A stretch of DNA of 64,000 bases from an uncultured Bacteroidota bacterium. GTDB lineage: Bacteria; Bacteroidota; Ignavibacteria; UBA10030; UBA8401. Both the position numbers and the translations under genes were made by a program. The DNA lies in contig CALETH010000070.1 in the NCBI GenBank assembly GCA_937920105.1, positions 73,484 through 137,483 of the forward strand. Reading direction: 5' to 3'. Below are positions 1 to 9,065 of the stretch, one piece after another. The notes below the pieces were generated by a model. It had not been told where the DNA came from. It was given only the letters and a program-made list of their open reading frames with translations, and ran no database searches. Each line of letters opens with the position of its first letter. Positions within the stretch are counted from its first letter, which is position 1.

Positions 1-823
1 AATCAAAATGCACTCACCAAGTTATTTTCCTGCAGATGTACAATTCACCATAGTTGCCCAACATCAAGGCATTAATGGAAACACTATTTTAAAATCTCCA
101 GCAGGTAATGGTGGATTAAATGATAGTTATCGATTGATAGAAGGTGATACTACAATTATTGTTCTTGATAAAAATAATAGCACTATTGATAAATTTTTCT
201 CACAATTTTTTACTGGAGGAAAAATTTCTCTTCCCGATAAATTTTTAGTGTACGCAAATGCCACAATTTTTCCGCAAGATTTATATGCAAATCCATTGTT
301 AGTTGGTCATCTTCGCAATGGTGATAGTATTTATACAACGGTAGAATTTACGGTTCCTATGCGTGTTGGTGTAAGTAATGGTTCTTACAGAGATACAGTC
401 TCGTTTGACCCGGACATAAGTTCTTCTATCAAAGAAGGAAAAATGGATTTTTATTTTGAAAATAAGTTTCCTTCAGATTTTGATTTTTCTGTACAATTTT
501 TTAAAGCATTACAAGGTGATATTACAAAACCAGATACAAGAGAAGTAATTCTTTCATTTCCTCAAAAAGTGAATGACCCTAAAGTGTACCCACCAATCAG
601 CGTTAAAGCAGATGTTACACCAGAACGAAAAGGTGTAAAGGGATATACTTATACAACACTCACTCGGGAAGAAACAGAAAAACTACTTTCTGCTCGTTTT
701 ATGATACTAGATTTTAAAATGAAAACAGTTGGTAATGGACCACCAGTAAAATTTACTAAAGTAGATAAATTAAGAATTAAGTCGATTGTTTATTTAAAAT
801 ATTTAGTAAAATCAGAACAATGA
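1..823 (+). CDS. C-terminal part (5' end lies outside the window) of a large secreted/surface protein; paralog of the 2402..4603 product
   Basis: The frame is open from base 2 and there is no stop before the ATG at 8. Hand alignment to the last ~270 aa of the 2402..4603 protein gives ~58 differences over 271 aa. The stop overlaps the next gene's start (ATGA at 820). Confidence 0.8.
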   Translation, partial: IKMHSPSYFPADVQFTIVAQHQGINGNTILKSPAGNGGLNDSYRLIEGDTTIIVLDKNNSTIDKFFSQFFTGGKISLPDKFLVYANATIFPQDLYANPLLVGHLRNGDSIYTTVEFTVPMRVGVSNGSYRDTVSFDPDISSSIKEGKMDFYFENKFPSDFDFSVQFFKALQGDITKPDTREVILSFPQKVNDPKVYPPISVKADVTPERKGVKGYTYTTLTREETEKLLSARFMILDFKMKTVGNGPPVKFTKVDKLRIKSIVYLKYLVKSEQ

Positions 824-2241
824 AGCAAAAAATAACATTTTATATTTGTTGTGTAATAATATTTCCTTCTTTAATATTTGCCAATCAAAATTCATCACCG
901 CGTCTAATGGGAACAGCACGAACGTTTACTGCCCTTTCTCGCGGACTTGATGCTATGGGAACAAACCCTGCCAACCTTGCCTTAGATGATAGAGGAAGCA
1001 CGGTAACCTTTCATTTTCTACCATTAGGCTTTCGAGTGGGCAGTGATATTTTTAGATATGATGTCTACAATAAATACTTTACTGGTACCGGAGAAAAAGA
1101 TAGCACGGGAAAACGTTCTTCATATATTCTTTCTGATGAAGATAAATCTGTTTTGAAAGATGAAATATTATATGACAACGTTTCTTTTACACAAGCCAAT
1201 GCAGAAATTAATTTTTTCGGATTAAATGTACAAAGCGGAGATTTTGGGATTGGATTTTCTGTCCAAGAAAGAATAGGAGCAAATCTTAATTTAGATAAAG
1301 GTTATATAGATATTGTATTTTCTGGTTTAGATAGTATAAGTTCTAACCATAGTCTCAGCCGAACACTTATAAGAGCTTCGTGGCTGCGAGAATATAATTT
1401 TTCTACTGCTTATAATCTTACCACAGAATCCGAAACATTTCCTAAACTTGCACTTGGTGTAGGAGTAAAGTACATACAAGGATTTGCCTATTTTGGTACA
1501 CAATACTTTGCCGGAAATATTATCCATACAGTTAATAATCCTCAAGATACTATTACAGATATTAATAATGTAAGTTCTTCTGTGCAAGGAAATCTTCGTG
1601 TATTACAATTTCGTTCTGGAATTTCTTTAGATGGCATAAGAGGACCATTTCCTACTCCTGCGGGTAAAGGTATAGGAATAGATATTGGAATTACTGCAAA
1701 AGTTGAAGATGCATTTTATGTTGCTGCAAGCCTTGTAGATATAGGAAGAATAAAGTGGGAAAAAAATCCTAAAGTATTTAAAGTAGAAGGAGATTTTTAT
1801 TTTGATGGGAATCTTTTTGAACAAGTCGACAGCCTTCAAAATTTTTTCAAAGGAGAAGAACGAGATACAACCACATTTTTTTCTTTTCTTCCTACCGCCT
1901 TACATCTTGGAGGAATGTGGTCTGTTCACAAAAGTACAGAAGATTTTTCTGGTGAACTTACGCTTGCAATGGATGTTCATATTGGATTTAATGATGAACC
2001 GGGAAATTCCAGAGTGCCAAGAATTTCTTTTGGTGCAGAGTATATTCCAATAGGTTTTTTTGCCTTACGAACAGGTTTTCTTTTTGGAGGAAGAGAACGT
2101 TTCAACTGGTCAATAGGAACAGGGCTTCGTTTTGGAAATACATTTGATATAGATATTGCAACAGAAAATATAGGAATACTACTTAATCCTAACAGTTTTC
2201 ATAGTGCTTCCATAAGTTTAGGAATGCGTTGGAGGATATAA
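820..2241 (+). CDS. Outer-membrane beta-barrel protein, PorV/PorQ/TraF (FadL-like) type; copy 1
   Basis: It has a signal peptide (…IFPSLIFA/NQ). The N-terminal block RLMGTARTFTALSRGLDAMGTNPANLAL fits the (A/G)R..GMG.A…NPA.L signature of PorV/TraF-like barrels. The sequence shows alternating beta-strand character and ends in an aromatic-rich terminal strand, GMRWRI. It is homologous end to end with 4612..6036. Confidence 0.7.
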   Translation: MKQKITFYICCVIIFPSLIFANQNSSPRLMGTARTFTALSRGLDAMGTNPANLALDDRGSTVTFHFLPLGFRVGSDIFRYDVYNKYFTGTGEKDSTGKRSSYILSDEDKSVLKDEILYDNVSFTQANAEINFFGLNVQSGDFGIGFSVQERIGANLNLDKGYIDIVFSGLDSISSNHSLSRTLIRASWLREYNFSTAYNLTTESETFPKLALGVGVKYIQGFAYFGTQYFAGNIIHTVNNPQDTITDINNVSSSVQGNLRVLQFRSGISLDGIRGPFPTPAGKGIGIDIGITAKVEDAFYVAASLVDIGRIKWEKNPKVFKVEGDFYFDGNLFEQVDSLQNFFKGEERDTTTFFSFLPTALHLGGMWSVHKSTEDFSGELTLAMDVHIGFNDEPGNSRVPRISFGAEYIPIGFFALRTGFLFGGRERFNWSIGTGLRFGNTFDIDIATENIGILLNPNSFHSASISLGMRWRI

Positions 2242-2401
2242 AAAGATGAAAAAATAAACCAAGTGTTTAATAATAAGCCACTTATTTGTGTGATGATTAT
2301 TATAACGTTGAAATTTGTACAATTTGTGCGTTATAAGTTTGGCATAATTCTTGTCATATACATCACTATAAATAAGAATTTATTCATTAGCCGCTTTTTT
2401 T

Positions 2402-4603
2402 ATGTTTTCATTATTAAAAACTTCGTTCAGAAAAAAACAGAAACATTTTCTGTTGGTTGTAATACCATTAATAATTTCAACCTCTTTTCACTGCATTAAA
2501 ACACCGCTGGAACCAATTCTACCAACATGGGATGTTCCGCTCTCATTTCAAGTAATAGATAAAACCTATTCAGTTCAAGAACTATTAGATAAAGATACAA
2601 ATTTTTATACTGTACCTACTGGAGAAGTAGTGTATCATCCCGAAACACCAAAAACAAGTCCAACACCAATAACATTCCCGAATGTAAATCCTTTCCCAGG
2701 AAAAATCGTTAACAAATTAGATTTAGTTCCATTTAACATTCCTGCAATACAAACACTGGGATTTTCATTTCAAGACCTTGTAGATAAAGCACCACCCACA
2801 ACTCCATGGGTTGGTGGAGAACAAACATTTTCTCACACACAAACAATTATTAGTGATACCAATGCTTATGAGTATATCAATTTTAAAGAAGGAAGAATAA
2901 ATCTTACAGTTACTAATGCCTTTAACTTTGATATAGATTTTTCACAAGTTTCTCCTAATAATGGAGTTGTTATAAAAAATGAATCAGACCAATCTATAGT
3001 GGGATTTTTTGATGTGGGACAAGTTTCGGCAAATACTTCAAAAACAGTTTCTGTTTCCTTAACAGGGAAAACAATGTACGCAGTTTTACAAGTAGCATTT
3101 TCTGCAAAAACATTGAACCTTAATGGAAAAAAAATAGATTCACAAGCAAAACTTTCTTTTGCAACTTCTATTGATGGAGGAACGCAAAATACTTCTGCAA
3201 AAGTACACGCCGCAAAAGTACAGTTAGTAAATAATTTTCCATCAGTAAATTTTAGTGATTCCCATACTCTTGATTCTGCATTTCTTAAACGAGCAGAATT
3301 TCGTTCCGGCTCTTTTGATATAAAAATCACCAGTCATATTCCTGTAGATATTGTCTTATCATTTTCTTCAAAAGAATTTATTGAAAAATCTACTGGAAAA
3401 AGTTTTAGATTAAAAGATAACTTTGGTATCCCTCAAGATTCAATTACAATTCCAGCAGGTACAACCTATCAACAACGAATGAATATTTCTGATTATGTTA
3501 TTCAATCCCAAGAAAAATTCGGTAACGATACTCTTCCAGTTGATAACATTAGTTTTTATTCAAACTTCAAAACCATCATAAAAAATAACGAAAAAATACT
3601 TATCAGCGAAGAAGACTCTCTTACTGTAGAAATTATCCCAGTAGAATTTCCCTATGTTCTTGATAACATTGTGGGAAAACTAAAACCTACAATTTTTGAT
3701 TTAAGTGATACTGTTGATGTAAACTTAGGAAAATTGGGAGAAAAAATAACGGTAGATAGTATCACCTTTGAAAACATTTCTACAGTGATAAAAATGTACT
3801 CACCAAGTTCTTTTCCAGCAGATGTACAATTTACCATAGTTGCTCAACATCAAGGAATGAATGGAAATGTTGTTCTTAAATCTCCATCAGGTAATGGCGG
3901 ATTAAATGGTGCTTATCGGTTGGTAGAAGGTGATACTACCACAATTGTTTTAAATAAAAATAATAGCACTATTGACAAATTTTTCTCACAATTTTTTACT
4001 GGAGGAAAAATTTCTCTTCCCGATAAATTTTTAATATATGCTAATGCTACAGTTTTTCCACAAGATATTTACACAAATCCATCAACTGTTGGGTATCTTC
4101 ACAATGGCGATAGCATTTATACAACATTAGAATTTGCAATTCCCATAAATGTTGGTATAAGCAATGCTTCATATAGAGATACAGTATCCTTTGACCCCGA
4201 AATCAGTTCTTCTATCAAAGAAGGAAAAATAGATTTTTATTTTGAAAATAAATTTCCCTTTGAGTTTGATTTTTCTTTACGCTTTTTTAAAGCACAACAA
4301 AATGATAGCACAAAACCCGATACAAAAGAAGTAGTTCTTTCATTTCCTCAAAAAATAAATGACCCCAAAGTCTATCCTGCACTTGGTGTTAAAGGAGACA
4401 CTACACCAGAACGAAAAGGTATGAAAGGATATACGTACGTCAATCTTACTTTAGAAGAAGCAAAAAAACTAACTTCTGCCCGTTTTATGGCATTAGATTT
4501 TAGAATGAAAACCGTTGGTAATGGACCACCAGTTAAATTTACTAAAGTAGATAAGTTAAGAATTAAAGCAATTGCTAATCTTAAATATGAAGTAAAACAA
4601 TAA
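2402..4603 (+). CDS. Large (733 aa) secreted or lipid-anchored surface protein built of repeated beta-sandwich-like modules; function unknown
   Basis: The N-terminus has a basic stretch, a hydrophobic stretch and a Cys (…LIISTSFHC). The body is rich in N/S/T/beta-strand segments such as GRINLTVTNAFNFDIDF and GKIDFYFENKFPFEFDF. The C-terminal third is duplicated in 1..823. A barrel gene follows 8 nt downstream. Confidence 0.75.
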   Translation: MFSLLKTSFRKKQKHFLLVVIPLIISTSFHCIKTPLEPILPTWDVPLSFQVIDKTYSVQELLDKDTNFYTVPTGEVVYHPETPKTSPTPITFPNVNPFPGKIVNKLDLVPFNIPAIQTLGFSFQDLVDKAPPTTPWVGGEQTFSHTQTIISDTNAYEYINFKEGRINLTVTNAFNFDIDFSQVSPNNGVVIKNESDQSIVGFFDVGQVSANTSKTVSVSLTGKTMYAVLQVAFSAKTLNLNGKKIDSQAKLSFATSIDGGTQNTSAKVHAAKVQLVNNFPSVNFSDSHTLDSAFLKRAEFRSGSFDIKITSHIPVDIVLSFSSKEFIEKSTGKSFRLKDNFGIPQDSITIPAGTTYQQRMNISDYVIQSQEKFGNDTLPVDNISFYSNFKTIIKNNEKILISEEDSLTVEIIPVEFPYVLDNIVGKLKPTIFDLSDTVDVNLGKLGEKITVDSITFENISTVIKMYSPSSFPADVQFTIVAQHQGMNGNVVLKSPSGNGGLNGAYRLVEGDTTTIVLNKNNSTIDKFFSQFFTGGKISLPDKFLIYANATVFPQDIYTNPSTVGYLHNGDSIYTTLEFAIPINVGISNASYRDTVSFDPEISSSIKEGKIDFYFENKFPFEFDFSLRFFKAQQNDSTKPDTKEVVLSFPQKINDPKVYPALGVKGDTTPERKGMKGYTYVNLTLEEAKKLTSARFMALDFRMKTVGNGPPVKFTKVDKLRIKAIANLKYEVKQ

Positions 4604-4611
4604 TAATACTT

Positions 4612-6036
4612 ATGAAAACAATATTACTACATCTCGCTTATTTTACGATTGCATTTTTCTCTTTATCAAATGCTAATCAAAATTCATCACCACGCTTAAT
4701 GGGAACAGCACGTACATTTACCGCTCTCTCTCGCGGACTTGATGCCATAGGAACAAACCCCGCCAATCTTTCTTTAGATGATAGAGGAAGTACAGTAACA
4801 TTTCAACTCCTCCCTTTGGGAATAAACATCAGCAGCGATTTTACCTACGGCTTTTACAATAAATATTTTGTTGGAGTAGAAAGCGATAGCAATGGAGGAA
4901 AACGTACACCGTTATTTCTTTCTGAAGAAGATAAAAAAAACTTAACCGATGAAGTATTTTTTAATGATGTTTCTTATACACGAGTCAATGCAGAAATTAA
5001 TTTTTTTGGATTGAATGTACAGAGTGGGGGTTTTGGTGTTGGAGTTTTAATCCGAGAACGATTAGACGCAAAAATAAATTTAGATAAGGATTATTTCAAC
5101 CTTGTTTTTGCTGGCTTAGATACAGCAAAATCAGAATACAGTTTTAATAATACAATGATGAAAGCATCATGGTTGCGAGAATATAATTTTTCTACGGCAT
5201 ATAATATTACAATACCATCTGAAACATTTCCCAATATTGCACTTGGTGTAGGAGTAAAGTACATACAAGGTTTTGCCTATTTTGGTACGCAATATTTTTC
5301 TGGAAATATTACTCAAACCATTACTAATCCTCAAGATACTAGTATAGATATAAATAATGTTGGTGCTTCCATAAAAGGAAATCTTCATGCACTACAACTT
5401 CGCTCCGGAATTTCCCAAACAGAATTAGAATCCATGAATCCACTTCCCACCCCCGCTGGTAAAGGTATAGGAATAGATATTGGAATTACGGCAAAAATTA
5501 AAAAAGCATTCTATGTTTCTGCAAGTATTATAGATATAGGAAAAATACAGTGGGAAAAAAATACAAAAGCATTCATAGCAGAAGGAGAATTTAATTTTGA
5601 AGGAAGTATCTTTGAACAAGTAGATAGTCTTAAAAAATTTTTCAAAGGAGAACAAAAAGATACCACAGCATTTTTTTCCTCACTTCCTACGGCGTTACAT
5701 CTTGGAACAATGTGGGCTGTTCACAACAGCGTAGAAAGTTTTCCTGGTAAATTTACATTAGCAGCAGATGCTCATTTTGGATTTAATGATGAACCGGGAA
5801 ATTCTAAAATTGCAAAAATTTCTTTTGGTGCAGAATATCTTCCTATAGATTTTTTTGCTTTGCGAACAGGAATTCTTTTGGGAGGTAGAGAACGTTTCAA
5901 TTGGTCCGTAGGAGTAGGATTACATTTTGGAAATGCAGTTGATATTGATGTTGCAACAGAAAACATAGGTATACTACTCAATCCTGATGATTTTCGTAGT
6001 CTTTCATTAATATTTGGAATACGTTGGAGGATATAA
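4612..6036 (+). CDS. Outer-membrane beta-barrel protein, PorV/PorQ/TraF (FadL-like) type; copy 2
   Basis: It has a signal peptide (…FFSLSNA/NQ), the block RLMGTARTFTALSRGLDAIGTNPANLSL and the terminal strand GIRWRI. It is colinear with 820..2241 over its full length. Confidence 0.7.
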   Translation: MKTILLHLAYFTIAFFSLSNANQNSSPRLMGTARTFTALSRGLDAIGTNPANLSLDDRGSTVTFQLLPLGINISSDFTYGFYNKYFVGVESDSNGGKRTPLFLSEEDKKNLTDEVFFNDVSYTRVNAEINFFGLNVQSGGFGVGVLIRERLDAKINLDKDYFNLVFAGLDTAKSEYSFNNTMMKASWLREYNFSTAYNITIPSETFPNIALGVGVKYIQGFAYFGTQYFSGNITQTITNPQDTSIDINNVGASIKGNLHALQLRSGISQTELESMNPLPTPAGKGIGIDIGITAKIKKAFYVSASIIDIGKIQWEKNTKAFIAEGEFNFEGSIFEQVDSLKKFFKGEQKDTTAFFSSLPTALHLGTMWAVHNSVESFPGKFTLAADAHFGFNDEPGNSKIAKISFGAEYLPIDFFALRTGILLGGRERFNWSVGVGLHFGNAVDIDVATENIGILLNPDDFRSLSLIFGIRWRI

Positions 6037-6087
6037 GTTAAAAATCAGAATGTAGAATTCATAAGTGAGAATGGATAAATTTATAAA

Positions 6088-6140
6088 GTCCCCTCTTAAG
6101 CGATGGACTTTGCGAAAGCGAGAGGGGATTTAGGGGTGTG
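6088..6140. repeat. GC-rich palindromic intergenic repeat ('cccctc…gagggg' family) with an inner gcgaaagc hairpin
   Basis: tcccctct (6090-6097) pairs with agagggga (6121-6128). A related element lies at 52519..52554. Confidence 0.6.
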
Positions 6141-6189
6141 TCAAAACAAATAATTAAGTTGTGTTTGTCAGTGAAATTTATAGTAAGTC

Positions 6190-6218
6190 TTGACAAACAA
6201 CAAATCTTAAAGTATATT
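6190..6218 (+). promoter_or_regulatory. Sigma-70-like promoter candidate (TTGACA-17 nt-TATATT)
   Basis: ttgaca lies at 6190-6195 and tatatt at 6213-6218 with an exact 17-nt spacer, ~40 nt upstream of the ATG at 6259. Confidence 0.45.
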
Positions 6219-6258
6219 TTAACCCCAACCATTCACATTTCATCGTAAGGAAAAATTT

Positions 6259-6780
6259 ATGAATTCCAGAACATCACAATATGTATTAGCATTCATACTC
6301 ATATTTTCTGCAGCACTTTCGCGATTATTACCACATCCACTAAACTTTACACCAATAGCCGCGATGGCATTATTTGGTGGAATATATTTAGATAAAAAAT
6401 TTGCATTTATTCTTCCATTTATTGCATTACTTATCACTGATTACATTATAGGATTTTATAGTGGTGCATATTGGGTGTATGGAAGTTTTGCTCTTATAGG
6501 AGTATTAGGTTTATGGTTGAAAAATTATAAAAATATTCCGGCAATAATTGGTGGAACATTTGCCAGTTCGATATTATTTTTTATCATTACAAATTTTGGA
6601 GTGTGGTTTAGTGGAACAATGTACACTAAAAATTTTTCCGGATTAATGGAATGCTACATTGCTGCCATACCATTTTTCCGAAACACCGTTGTAGGGGATT
6701 TATTTTATGTTGGTGTTTTGTTTGGAGTGTATGAATTGATAACAAAACTATTAGCAAAAAACTCAGTAGTAAAAGTTTAA
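6259..6780 (+). CDS. Small polytopic membrane protein, DUF6580-like putative transport/ECF-S-like component
   Basis: The 173-aa product has about 5 hydrophobic helices. The N-terminal pattern …SRLLPHPLNFTPIAAMALFGG… matches my recollection of the DUF6580 family. It lies immediately upstream of the B12 riboswitch. Confidence 0.55.
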   Translation: MNSRTSQYVLAFILIFSAALSRLLPHPLNFTPIAAMALFGGIYLDKKFAFILPFIALLITDYIIGFYSGAYWVYGSFALIGVLGLWLKNYKNIPAIIGGTFASSILFFIITNFGVWFSGTMYTKNFSGLMECYIAAIPFFRNTVVGDLFYVGVLFGVYELITKLLAKNSVVKV

Positions 6781-6791
6781 TAATATAACGA

Positions 6792-6951
6792 TGTATTGGT
6801 GTTCCGATTTTTATCGGAATGAAAAGGGAACTCTGTGAAAATCAGAGGCTGACCCGCAACTGTAAGTAGTAACAGAAAAAAATTTCACTGTTCATAAAAC
6901 GGGAAGAAATTTTTCCAACAGAAACTACAAGCCAGGAGACCTGCCAATATA
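6792..6951 (+). promoter_or_regulatory. Cobalamin (B12) riboswitch aptamer (RF00174 class)
   Basis: The conserved blocks appear in order: aaaagggaa, gtgaaaatc, gctgacccgcaactgtaa and the B12 box agccaggagacctgcc. P1 closes as tattgg (6794-6799) with ccaata (6944-6949). It sits upstream of a TonB-dependent receptor. Confidence 0.9.
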
Positions 6952-7002
6952 AAAAATCATTATCACCTTCGGGGAATGAGGTTGATAAAGAATAGTATTA
7001 TT

Positions 7003-7041
7003 TCATTCCCCCAAGTATTTTTCTTTGGGGATTTTTATTTT
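7003..7041 (+). terminator. Candidate riboswitch expression platform: intrinsic terminator with a competing antiterminator
   Basis: ccccaa (7009-7014) pairs with ttgggg (7025-7030) and is followed by atttttatttt. ggggaatga (6971-6979) can alternatively pair with tcattcccc (7003-7011), which would sequester the terminator's 5' arm. Confidence 0.5.
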
Positions 7042-7082
7042 GTACATACAAAAAATATTTTCTGTATCATTGATAAATAACC

Positions 7083-7112
7083 GTCATTCCCGCATGCTTT
7101 TAGCGGGAATCC
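7083..7112. repeat. 'gtcattccCGC…GCGggaatc' palindromic repeat; contains the likely btuB start codon
   Basis: The sequence is gtcattcccgcATGcttttagcgggaatcc. The same arms occur at 14264, 14342, 23895, 31877, 41267, 60658 and 63940. Confidence 0.75.
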
Positions 7113-9025
7113 ACATAATATTTTTCTTTATCCCCTCCCTCATCTTTGCCCAAGAACAAACAGATTCACTACATTACCAACTTAATGAAGTCCTTGTAAG
7201 CGGATTACGCATTCCCACCACAAAACAACAAGCCCCCTCATCATTAGAAATTATTTCTTTAGAAAAATCAACAACGCAATCTCTCGGAAATATTCTTCAA
7301 CAAACATCGGGAATTTTTTTGAAATCCTATGGAGGTGGAAGTGCAATACAAACAATTTCTTCCCGAGGAATGGGTGCAGAATATACACTTATTCTTGTGG
7401 ATGGACAACGATTAACAAATTTCCAAAATGGACTTGTTGATTTTGGAATTATTTCTACAAACAACATCGAAAAAATTGAAATTGCTAAAGGCGGATATTC
7501 TGCATTGTTTGGTGCGGATGCTGTTGGTGGAATCATTAATATTATTACTAAAAAACCAACAGACACTTTACAATTTTTTGGTGGAATTGGAATTGGTTCG
7601 GAAAAATTTCAACAATATACAGCAAGTATAAGTGGAGGAAATTCCAGTATTCAATGGAGAAGTGATTTTTCAAAAAAACAAAGTAACGAAAACCACCAAT
7701 ATTATTATAATAGTGGTGTAGAAAAAACACTGTTAACACGAAAAGGTACACAATATAATATTATACAGTTTAATAATAAATTAAATATTGGTATAGATGA
7801 AAATATTAAATCTTTTTTTAGTGGAATCTATGAATACGCTGATAGAGGTTCGCCAGCAGCAGTAACAAACCCTAACCCAATAAGTTCTGCTTTTCTTATC
7901 GATAAAAACTTTCATACACAGGGTGGAATAGAATGGACTATTTCTCCAGCGCTACAGTTTTCAACAAACACAGCGTTTCACTATACCAAACAAACTTACA
8001 ATGATTCATTATTAATCATTAATGGAAATCCATTACACAGTTATTATGATAACAAATTGTTCTCCATCACACCGCAAATTTATTATTCTATTTCATCATT
8101 TCACACAATAATAGCAGGAATAGAATTTGTTCACGCTTCTATTGTAAGTAATGAAGTGAAAAATAAAAATCGTGAACAATACAGCGCATTTATATCATCA
8201 AAAAATTTTGTTGATATTCATGAAATTACGGAAATCATTTTTTATCCATCAATACGATTTGATAAAATTTCTGATGTTAGCAAAGAACTAACACCAAAAT
8301 TAGGAGCAAATGTTGGATTTAAAAATTTTTCGTATCTACGGTTACGTGCAAGTTATGGAAATAATTTTCGTGTACCAACCTTTAATGATTTGTATTGGAA
8401 AGAGGGTGGAAGCCCAAAATTAAAACCCGAATATTCCCAAAGTTTTGATTGTGGAATTATTTCATCGATAGATTTTTTAGGAAATGTTGATATAGAAGCA
8501 AATTATTTTTCTATCAATACAAAAGATAGAATTTTATGGAAACCAACACAAAGTGGAATATGGTCTCCAACAAACATCAGTAAAGTTCTTTCACAAGGGA
8601 TAGAGTTGCAAACTCGTTGGAATGTATGGAATGATAATATTGCACTATCATATTCTTATACATTGATGAACACGCTGAAAAAAAGTTTAGATTTTTTTAA
8701 TGATGCAACATTTAATAAACAATTACCATACACACCACAAGAACTTGCAACAGTACAAGTAACTGGAAAATATGAAAATATTTTTTGCGGAATTTCACAT
8801 CGTTATATAGGATTTCGCTATACAACGGAAAATAATGATGCTCACTTTATTCTTTCCTCGTTTCATGTTGCTGATGTAAATATTGGAACGAATATCTTCT
8901 TTGAAAACGTTTTTGTAAAAATACAATGTGCTGTAGATAATATTTTCAATACGGATTATCAAATAATTCAATCATACCCAATGCCGTTACGAACATATAA
9001 AATTTTTTTCAATATAGAATATTAA
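7094..9025 (+). CDS. btuB: TonB-dependent outer-membrane receptor, cobalamin/corrinoid type (BtuB-like)
   Basis: The signal peptide is MLLAGIHIIFFFIPSLIFA/QEQ. Plug-domain blocks are present (GGGSAIQTISSRGMGAEYTLILVDG, IEIAKGGYSALFGADAVGGIINIITK). The barrel is long and ends in a terminal aromatic (…FFNIEY). It lies directly downstream of a B12 riboswitch. The TTG at 7025 in the ORF track lies inside the terminator, so the ATG at 7094 is preferred. Confidence 0.85.
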   Translation: MLLAGIHIIFFFIPSLIFAQEQTDSLHYQLNEVLVSGLRIPTTKQQAPSSLEIISLEKSTTQSLGNILQQTSGIFLKSYGGGSAIQTISSRGMGAEYTLILVDGQRLTNFQNGLVDFGIISTNNIEKIEIAKGGYSALFGADAVGGIINIITKKPTDTLQFFGGIGIGSEKFQQYTASISGGNSSIQWRSDFSKKQSNENHQYYYNSGVEKTLLTRKGTQYNIIQFNNKLNIGIDENIKSFFSGIYEYADRGSPAAVTNPNPISSAFLIDKNFHTQGGIEWTISPALQFSTNTAFHYTKQTYNDSLLIINGNPLHSYYDNKLFSITPQIYYSISSFHTIIAGIEFVHASIVSNEVKNKNREQYSAFISSKNFVDIHEITEIIFYPSIRFDKISDVSKELTPKLGANVGFKNFSYLRLRASYGNNFRVPTFNDLYWKEGGSPKLKPEYSQSFDCGIISSIDFLGNVDIEANYFSINTKDRILWKPTQSGIWSPTNISKVLSQGIELQTRWNVWNDNIALSYSYTLMNTLKKSLDFFNDATFNKQLPYTPQELATVQVTGKYENIFCGISHRYIGFRYTTENNDAHFILSSFHVADVNIGTNIFFENVFVKIQCAVDNIFNTDYQIIQSYPMPLRTYKIFFNIEY

Positions 9026-9065
9026 ACTATACTTCATTCATTTAATTTTAAGAAAGGATTCACCA

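Noticed and set aside
2263-2499. 78-aa ORF in the B1-A2 intergenic region.
   Set aside because: It is a low-complexity Ile/Phe/Asn-rich translation of AT-rich spacer. It overlaps the well-supported start of the 2402 gene in another frame.
7025-7093. TTG-initiated N-terminal extension of the TonB-dependent receptor, as given in the ORF track.
   Set aside because: The extension overlaps the riboswitch terminator hairpin and U-run and encodes no signal peptide. The ATG at 7094 gives a canonical signal peptide.
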